This document shows positions 57,146 to 64,000 of a stretch of DNA of 64,000 bases, piece by piece. Source of the stretch: Candidatus Azambacteria bacterium (GTDB lineage: Bacteria; Patescibacteriota; Minisyncoccia; UBA10092). Position numbers and translations under genes: made by a program. Below the pieces are notes generated by a model that was not told the origin of the DNA, made no database searches, and saw nothing but the letters and a program-made list of their open reading frames with translations. The stretch spans positions 14,945 to 78,944 of the forward strand of contig DMPO01000001.1 in assembly GCA_003455995.1 (NCBI GenBank). Direction: 5' to 3'. Within the stretch, counting starts at the first letter, position 1; each line of letters begins with the position of its first letter.

Positions 57146-57335
57146 AAAATCAACTGGCCTAAAAATTTTTGCGCAGATTTTAGAAAAAAGAGGCACAGAT
57201 AAGCCAAAATAATATTTTCTCGCAGAGAAAATATTATTAAAGTCACGGCGTGACTTTATTGACTTTATTAATTTTAACTTTTTCTAATTTTTCAAACTTT
57301 CCTTAAAAATCACTTGGCCTAAAAAAATTTTGCGA
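57146..57335. repeat. ~30-bp imperfect direct repeats (AAAAATCAACTGGCCTAAAAATTTTTGCG / AAAAATCACTTGGCCTAAAAAAATTTTGCG) plus palindromes, in the non-coding region of the island
   Basis: Direct-repeat copies at 57146-57175 and 57305-57335. Perfect palindromes AATATTTTCTC-GCA-GAGAAAATATT (57218-57240) and AGTCACG-G-CGTGACT (57242-57258). Confidence 0.55.
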
Positions 57336-57479
57336 AAAATTGAGGTTAAAGGGTGGGCAAGATAAAAAACACGGCTATAAAAGTCGTGTTTTGGCTTATT
57401 TATGCCAAATTGGTTGACTTCCGTAGAAATTTTTGACCTTTAGTATAATTTAATAAGAATCAAAGTTGTAATTCGATTT

Positions 57480-57960
57480 TGGTTCCTAACTTTTAAAACA
57501 AATGGTGAGCGGCCGGAGATAATAAAGCCCGGTACGTTGCAAAGGCAGCAATGCCAATGCGGGGAGATACTGGCAGGGTGTGGGGGCGATCGTTAACCCG
57601 CCTGTTGGAGGCCATTAAAATAACGACTCTCTCTGATGCTCTCTAGACAGCATTCTAGAGTCCTTATGCGGACAGTGCCTGATACGAATCGGACATTGTC
57701 GACATGAGGTTCAGATAGGGATGCAAACGCCTACGTAGTCCAACAGGTGAGCGTGGGTATCGCATACCAAAGCGGCGGGGCCTGAGGCAAAACTAATTGG
57801 TTCGGTGGCTGTAATGCCATGCGGATGAGCTAGGGGTACCCTGTACGACAGTCTGCCTGACGTGTACACCGAGAGACAGCGGGATTATGTACACAGGACC
57901 AAATGACGTATCCAAATAGGACGGCATTCTCCCCCCTCTTGTCCAAATCGGTAGCAGGGT
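57480..57960. other. GC-rich (~55%) ORF-free structured region, candidate ncRNA of unknown class
   Basis: No ORF of 60 aa or more in ~760 nt. Numerous stems (CTCTAGA-N6-TCTAGAG; GTGTACA-N19-TGTACAC; CCGGAG...; GGGGCGATCG...). Sharp compositional contrast with the AT-rich flanks. Confidence 0.4.
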
Positions 57961-58007
57961 AATTCACAAATCAATAACTGAAGTTTTTAATAGTAATATT
58001 TAAATCA

Positions 58008-58553
58008 ATGAACAATCATTACATGATTGAAGAATGTTTTTTTATAACGCCGAGAAATGTCGGGGGAAGGTTTGGCCATGTTAGGAAGTTAGGAATCAAT
58101 GAGCTCGAAAACCGCAGTGATATTTCTTATTGGTTTGACGATATGTCTGAGCCAACATGCCTATTTGTCAGCGTAAATGGCAATGAGCCGCAGAAATTTG
58201 ATTGGGAGCCGGTTGATATTACTTTTGGAGAAACAGCCTATATTCGCTGTCATTGCGGTTATAGAGCAAGAAAACTGTATCTACCTCCTAATGGCAAAGA
58301 ATTTAAATGCCGGAAGTGTCATAAATTACAATATCAGCTCACCAAATTCAACCGCCACTCAATTGCGGGCAGGTCTCTATATAAAATGAATCGTCTTCAA
58401 AAACTCGCCGATAGCAGGGCGAATATAGGTAGAATTTTATACAATGGCAATTATACAAAAAAGTTCACACGATTTCTTGGATTGTGCGACCGGGCTGGCT
58501 TGGAAAGCATTGTGCGGGGTGCTAAAGATCTAAAAACACTAATGAATGGATAG
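58008..58553 (+). CDS. Hypothetical protein with Cys4 zinc-ribbon-like motif
   Basis: CHCGYRARKLY...FKCRKCH; 181 aa. Confidence 0.4.
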   Translation: MNNHYMIEECFFITPRNVGGRFGHVRKLGINELENRSDISYWFDDMSEPTCLFVSVNGNEPQKFDWEPVDITFGETAYIRCHCGYRARKLYLPPNGKEFKCRKCHKLQYQLTKFNRHSIAGRSLYKMNRLQKLADSRANIGRILYNGNYTKKFTRFLGLCDRAGLESIVRGAKDLKTLMNG

Positions 58554-58709
58554 GTTATTTTAACGAAGTCAGAATATCCCCTATGTCTGTTTTAAGACAA
58601 ATTGTTCGCTACTGCCGTGGCCCCGTTAGGATAGAAGCCGGTTATTGTCTTAAATTGTATTCCTAAAGATGCTCAATTTTACCTTTTGGTACTGTAGTAT
58701 ACTAAGAAT

Positions 58710-58955
58710 ATGACTACAAAAGAAAACAAAATAAAGCTGGCGAGTATCATTTCGGTGTTTGTGCATGACGATATTGGCATTTTGGAAGCGTACACTGCAA
58801 CATCATGTTCATTTGTCGTCATTGAGGGTATCAGTTTTGGTTATCAATTCATTGAATCTGAAAATAGTGAAACTAATTTAAACAGGGCTTTTGACATTCT
58901 TTTTGACGAAACACTCAAGCGTTTAAAATCAAAGGGCATCCATTTGTCACTATAG
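58710..58955 (+). CDS. Hypothetical small protein
   Basis: An 81-aa ORF with no recognisable motif. Confidence 0.3.
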   Translation: MTTKENKIKLASIISVFVHDDIGILEAYTATSCSFVVIEGISFGYQFIESENSETNLNRAFDILFDETLKRLKSKGIHLSL

Positions 58956-58978
58956 ACAATTAAGTATAAAATAAACAT

Positions 58979-59155
58979 ATGGAATTTTTTACAAGAAAAG
59001 AAGTCGCAGAATTTTTTAGAGTTAACCCTAGAACAGTGGAGCGTTGGTTGAGAAATGGAAAACTAAAGGGCTATAAACTTGGCGAAGGCAAGACAGCGCC
59101 ATGGCGCATCGATATGGTGGAAATAAAAAAGTTTTTAGCAAAGAATAAAGTATAA
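58979..59155 (+). CDS. Excisionase-type HTH (Xis/HTH_17-like) protein, 58 aa, below the ORF-track size cutoff
   Basis: Manual translation MEFFTRKEVAEFFRVNPRTVERWLRNGKLKGYKLGEGKTAPWRIDMVEIKKFLAKNKV. Ends 4 nt before the serine recombinase ATG. Confidence 0.55.
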   Translation: MEFFTRKEVAEFFRVNPRTVERWLRNGKLKGYKLGEGKTAPWRIDMVEIKKFLAKNKV

Positions 59156-59159
59156 ACAT

Positions 59160-60806
59160 ATGGCCGATATCAACAACACTGAAAAACATTGGCTAATCGC
59201 CTTTTATGGTAGGGTCTCAACATCGCTGCAGGAGGAACAAAAAACAATTGAGACTCAACTCATGGCAATGAATGATTTCGCCGATAAGAAATTCGGTAAA
59301 GGTAACTATACTGTAGTCAAAGAATATCTCGATGAAGGTTGGAGCGGAGACAATATTGTAAGACCTAGTCTTGACCAGCTTCGGGTTGATGCAAAGAAAA
59401 AGATTTGGGACGCAGTAATAATTTATGACCCGGACCGATTGGCTCGCAGATATTCATTGCAAGAGTTGGTAATGGACGAAATAAAAGATGTCGGGATTGA
59501 AGTTATTTTTGTTACCGTATCTACTCCCAAAAACATAGAGGATAAGATCCTTTATGGGGTACGGGGACTGTTCGCTGAATATGAGCGAGCAAAAATATCG
59601 GAACGTTTCCGCCTTGGGAAACTTCTTAAGGTTAGAAATGGCAATATTCTTACAACAGAGGCTCTTTATGGATATGATTACATTCGCAATGACAAGATAA
59701 ATAAAAAGCCCGGCTACTATGTGATAAATGAAGAAGAAGCAAGGGTTGTAAGAATGATATTTGCTTGGGTTGGCGAAGAAGGATTAACGCTCCGGCAAGT
59801 AGTGAGACGATTGCAAGAAATGGAGATAAAACCAAGAAAAAGTAAAAGGGGGGTTTGGAATACAAGCACTTTATCTACTCTACTAAGACACAAAGCGTAT
59901 ATAGGAATGGCTCATTGGGGTAGTTCCTATGCGGTAGTTCCAAAGAATCCTACAAATAAGGAAAAATATCGGCAAGTAAAAAAGAGTAGTCGAAAAATCA
60001 AACCGGAAACAGAATGGATTGCGTCGAACATCCCAGTGCCACCTATCATTGGGGAAGAACTATTTATGAAAGTGCGAGAACAATTAAAAACCAATTTTGC
60101 GCTGTGCCAACGGAATACCAAAAATGAATATCTACTTGGCGGTAAAATATTTTGTTCTTGCGGCACAAAGAGATGTGGCGAAGGTCCTCAACATGGCAAA
60201 CATCTTTACTATCGTTGCAGTAATAGAATCTATAACTTCCCTCTGTCCCCTACATGCAATGAGAAAGGAATTAATGCGAGAATCGCTGATAAATTAGTAT
60301 GGCAAAAAATCAAAGAGTTTATGACTTCTCCGAAATTATTATCACGACAAATCAATCGACGGAAAGATATCCGGAAAAATAAAACTCTACCATTAATTGA
60401 AAATATAGGAATAGCGGAAAAAGAACTTGCGAAACTGAAAGCGCAGGAAGACCGCTACATCAAGGCATATGGAAACGGCGCATTAACTATTGAACAATTA
60501 AAAGAGCAAGTAACATCAATAAAAAGTCATATGGCAACATTTGAATCGCAAATAAGAAAGGTCAATCAAGAAAAAAGCCGGATTGATACTGCTCCAACAC
60601 CAACTGAAAAAGAAATAAAAATATTTACAGATGAGGCAGCCAAAACTATTAATGACTTGAATTTTGAGACAAAACGGACAATCATTAGAAATACTGTAGG
60701 AAGAATTATTGGCACACAGCGACAGCTACAGGTGTCTGGCGAAATACCATTAACACTAAATTATGTCACATACAAAACTAACTATCGGTATAGTTGGCCT
60801 GCCTAA
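59160..60806 (+). CDS. Large serine recombinase (resolvase/invertase N-terminal domain + recombinase domain + zinc ribbon)
   Basis: Catalytic Ser context FYGRVSTSLQEEQ, resolvase-like N-terminus, recombinase domain, Cys cluster (CSCGTKRCGEG...YYRCSNR) and a coiled-coil C-terminus; 548 aa. Confidence 0.88.
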   Translation: MADINNTEKHWLIAFYGRVSTSLQEEQKTIETQLMAMNDFADKKFGKGNYTVVKEYLDEGWSGDNIVRPSLDQLRVDAKKKIWDAVIIYDPDRLARRYSLQELVMDEIKDVGIEVIFVTVSTPKNIEDKILYGVRGLFAEYERAKISERFRLGKLLKVRNGNILTTEALYGYDYIRNDKINKKPGYYVINEEEARVVRMIFAWVGEEGLTLRQVVRRLQEMEIKPRKSKRGVWNTSTLSTLLRHKAYIGMAHWGSSYAVVPKNPTNKEKYRQVKKSSRKIKPETEWIASNIPVPPIIGEELFMKVREQLKTNFALCQRNTKNEYLLGGKIFCSCGTKRCGEGPQHGKHLYYRCSNRIYNFPLSPTCNEKGINARIADKLVWQKIKEFMTSPKLLSRQINRRKDIRKNKTLPLIENIGIAEKELAKLKAQEDRYIKAYGNGALTIEQLKEQVTSIKSHMATFESQIRKVNQEKSRIDTAPTPTEKEIKIFTDEAAKTINDLNFETKRTIIRNTVGRIIGTQRQLQVSGEIPLTLNYVTYKTNYRYSWPA

Positions 60807-61794
60807 TGTGGGTAAATCCACTTTATTTAAAGCGCTGACCAGAGAAAAAGTTAATATCGCCAATTTTCCCTTCGCCACCATCGATCCCAATGTTGGGATT
60901 GTTAAAGTTCCCGATCAACGGCTTATCCGACTTGCTGAAATGTCGAAGTCAAAAAAAATCGTTCCGGCGGCAATAGAATTTGTCGATATTGCCGGCTTGG
61001 TCAAAGGCGCCCATGAAGGCGCGGGGCTTGGCAATCAATTTTTGGCGCGCATCAGAGAAGTGGATGTTATTGTTGAAGTGGTGAGGGATTTTGAAAACCC
61101 GGACATTATTCATGTTGAAGAAACCGTTAATCCGTCGCGGGATATTGAAACAATCCAACTGGAACTGGTCATGGCCGATCTGCAAACGCTGAATAAGCAT
61201 CTGGCCACGATTGAAAAAGATGTCAGAGCGGGCAAAAAATACGCCCAAGAAGAAAAGATAGTTTTGGAAAAAATAAAAACGGTTTTAGAGGCCGGAGAAG
61301 GAGCCACAAAAGCAAAACTTTCCGAATCAGAATTATTGTTGATAAAAAATTTACATTTTATGACTCTAAAGCCGTTTTTATTTGTTTATAATATTTCAAA
61401 AAATATCGATAATGGAAATCGACTGGCAATTAATTTGCGATTGGAGGCGGAAATAGCGGAAATGAGCGAAGAGGAAGCCAAAGAATTTGAAAATGAATCG
61501 CGTTTGCCGGAATTGATAAAAAAGGCCTATGATTTATTGGATTTAATTACCTATTTCACCACCGGAGAAGATGAGACCCGCGGCTGGACTATTAGAGCCG
61601 GATGGACGGCGCCGCAGGCCGGTTCGGCAATCCATAACGATTTTGAACAAAAATTTATCAAGGCCGAAGTTATAAATTGGCAAAAATTGCTGGAGTGCGG
61701 TTCTTGGGCCAATGCCCGTCAAAAGGGATTCTTACGAACGGAAGGAAAGGACTATGTGGTCGAAGACGGCGATGTCATAGAATTCAAAATTTAA
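60763..61794 (+). CDS. ychF: Ribosome-binding ATPase YchF (Obg-family GTPase)
   Basis: G1 GIVGLPNVGKSTLF, the TGS-like C-terminal domain, and ...GEDETRGWTIRAGWTAPQAAG.IH.DFE...; 343 aa. Confidence 0.92.
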   Translation: MSHTKLTIGIVGLPNVGKSTLFKALTREKVNIANFPFATIDPNVGIVKVPDQRLIRLAEMSKSKKIVPAAIEFVDIAGLVKGAHEGAGLGNQFLARIREVDVIVEVVRDFENPDIIHVEETVNPSRDIETIQLELVMADLQTLNKHLATIEKDVRAGKKYAQEEKIVLEKIKTVLEAGEGATKAKLSESELLLIKNLHFMTLKPFLFVYNISKNIDNGNRLAINLRLEAEIAEMSEEEAKEFENESRLPELIKKAYDLLDLITYFTTGEDETRGWTIRAGWTAPQAGSAIHNDFEQKFIKAEVINWQKLLECGSWANARQKGFLRTEGKDYVVEDGDVIEFKI

Positions 61795-61832
61795 ATTGAC
61801 AGGTTGCCGCGCTCTGTGATAAATTATCACCG

Positions 61833-62722
<890 letters not shown>

Positions 62723-62723
62723 T

Positions 62724-62957
62724 ATGTATAACAATCCCATCAATCTAAAAAATCAAAAAACCACCTGTTATTTCTGCGCTCAGAACTTGCAGGAAATTGA
62801 TTACAAAAGCGCGGAGCTTTTGCGTCGTTTTATTTCGGCGCAGGCAAAAATTATGCCCAGAAAACGCAGTCATCTATGCGCCAAACATCAGCGCCGTTTA
62901 GCCATGGCCATCAAACGCGCCCGTTTCATGGCGCTCCTCCCCTTCACCGCCAGATAA
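62724..62957 (+). CDS. rpsR: 30S ribosomal protein S18
   Basis: CYFCAQNLQEIDYK... KHQRRLAMAIKRARFMALLPF matches S18. Confidence 0.9.
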   Translation: MYNNPINLKNQKTTCYFCAQNLQEIDYKSAELLRRFISAQAKIMPRKRSHLCAKHQRRLAMAIKRARFMALLPFTAR

Positions 62958-63971
62958 TTATACTACCGAAGATTTTTTCACTTCTTGAGTCAGTTTTTTG
63001 GTTAGATCTTGGTTCTCTTTCAGATATTGGCGGGCGGATTCAAGGCCTTGGCCGAGTTTTTGGTCGGCGTAGTTTATCCAGGTGCCGGATTTCGATAAAA
63101 CGCCGGATTTCAAGCCGCAATTTATTATATCCCCTTCTTTTGATATCCCCTCATTATACATGATGTCAAATTCGGCAATTTTAAACGGCGCCGCCACTTT
63201 GTTTTTGACCACTTTAACCGTAACCCTGTTGCCGACTATATCTTCTCCTTTTTTAATTTGAGCGTTTCGCCGAACATCGAGCCGCACCGAAGAATAAAAT
63301 TTAAGCGCCATGCCGCCCGGCTGGGTTTCCGGATTGCCGAAAAACACGCCGATTTTCATTCTTAATTGATTTATAAAAATAATGGCCGTATTGCTTTTAG
63401 CGGCGATGGCGTTTAATTTTCTCAACGCCTGCGACATCAGCCGCGCCTGAAGCCCCATGTGCGAATCGCCCATTTCTCCTTCAATTTCGGCTCGGGGCGT
63501 CAAAGCGGCCACCGAATCGACAACAACGACATCGCAAGCGTTCGATCTTACCAAGCTCTCCACAATCTCCAACGCTTGCTCGCCATTATCCGGCTGGGAA
63601 ATTAAAAGATCTTCAATCTTAACGCCGATTTTCTTGGCATATTCAGGATCCAAGGCGTGTTCGGCATCCACAAAAGCGGTTTGCCCGCCTCTTTTTTGCG
63701 CTTCGGCGATAATGTGCAACGCCAGTGTGGTTTTTCCGGATGATTCCGGGCCGTAAATCTCGATAATTCTGCCTTTGGGTATGCCGCCAACGCCCAGCGC
63801 CATATCCAAAGAAAGCGACCCCGTTGGGATAGCGTCAACATTAACTTTGGCGACATCGCCGAGTTTCATTATGGAGCCCTCGCCGAATCTTTCTTTCAAT
63901 CCTTTAACGGCATCGTCTAAGGCCTTATTTTTAATATCGATATTTGCCTCTTTTTCTTTTTGTTTTACCAT
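62958..63971 (-). CDS. recA: Recombinase RecA
   Basis: Walker [14 protein letters not shown]1/L2 loops and ...[12 protein letters not shown]...; 337 aa. Confidence 0.97.
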   Translation of the reverse strand: MVKQKEKEANIDIKNKALDDAVKGLKERFGEGSIMKLGDVAKVNVDAIPTGSLSLDMALGVGGIPKGRIIEIYGPESSGKTTLALHIIAEAQKRGGQTAFVDAEHALDPEYAKKIGVKIEDLLISQPDNGEQALEIVESLVRSNACDVVVVDSVAALTPRAEIEGEMGDSHMGLQARLMSQALRKLNAIAAKSNTAIIFINQLRMKIGVFFGNPETQPGGMALKFYSSVRLDVRRNAQIKKGEDIVGNRVTVKVVKNKVAAPFKIAEFDIMYNEGISKEGDIINCGLKSGVLSKSGTWINYADQKLGQGLESARQYLKENQDLTKKLTQEVKKSSVV

Positions 63972-64000
63972 ATATTTTTATTGATTTCTAAAGACCTGCC

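Larger units (their letters stand above)
45672..60806. mobile_element. Putative defense / integrative island ending in a large serine recombinase gene that abuts ychF
   Basis: Contiguous block of type I RM, KAP NTPase, GmrSD-like and HEPN-motif genes, a SymE-like gene and two excisionase-type HTH genes, then a ~1 kb repeat-rich non-coding region and a serine recombinase. The left boundary is uncertain and could lie anywhere between ~42.0 and 45.7 kb. Confidence 0.35.

Noticed and set aside
57480-57960. RNase P RNA, tmRNA, SRP RNA or group II intron domain V identity for the GC-rich block
   Set aside because: On neither strand did I find GGAAAGUCCGG (P4), a GGUUCGAAUCC T-loop with an adjacent acceptor stem, the SRP AGGUCCGGAAGGAAGCAGC motif, or a domain-V-like AGC-triad hairpin. 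Left as unknown.

Overview
Low-GC (~38-40%) bacterial chromosome segment. The compact genes, frequent overlapping or near-leaderless starts and truncated regulators are consistent with a small-genome (Patescibacteria/CPR-like) bacterium; that placement is inference. Housekeeping content includes a partial cysteine desulfurase, rmuC, pyrD, ftsEX, the dnaK operon (hrcA-grpE ... dnaJ-like-dnaK), cysS, dnaB-recR, and the dcw cluster (mraZ-rsmH-ftsL-ftsI-ddl, murF). It also includes rplJ-rplL, trmD, a KH-domain protein, rpsP, groESL, secG, RNase J, trpS, ychF, rpsF-ssb-rpsR and recA. I call six tRNAs: Gln, Lys, Glu, Val, Leu and, by anticodon parsing, no others. Three regions carry features not explained by standard gene calls. 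(1) A ~2.2 kb insertion in the conserved rpsP / KH / trmD operon (30.4-32.6 kb). It holds 53-bp near-identical direct repeats flanking a NYN/LabA-like RNase gene, each with promoter-like context. Copy 1 ends in an intrinsic terminator (candidate sRNA). Copy 2 leads into a ~360-nt GC-rich structured non-coding region and a GC-rich small protein gene with an internal 30-nt tandem duplication. (2) A defense/mobile island (~45.7-60.8 kb). It contains a type I RM operon (hsdM-hsdS-hsdR) with a KAP-family P-loop NTPase in the PrrC-like slot between hsdS and hsdR, a GmrSD-like DUF262/DUF1524 nuclease with a HEPN-motif partner, and a SymE/AbrB-fold protein. It also has two excisionase-type HTH genes and a large serine recombinase whose 3' end overlaps ychF. 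Just upstream is a ~1 kb non-coding region with direct and inverted repeats and a ~480-nt GC-rich structured segment of unknown class. (3) Several small repeat/RNA elements: a promoter-plus-terminator-bounded ~137-nt sRNA candidate between murF and ddl; a GC-rich palindromic 15-mer family present three times, twice in-frame inside CDSs; and an ACGATCG-centred palindrome family flanking a wHTH/Cas2-fold gene. There is also a nested hairpin abutting the dnaB start and a split CIRCE-like operator at a truncated hrcA. No CRISPR array and no rRNA were seen. All calls are from reading the sequence and ORF translations; no database searches were run.
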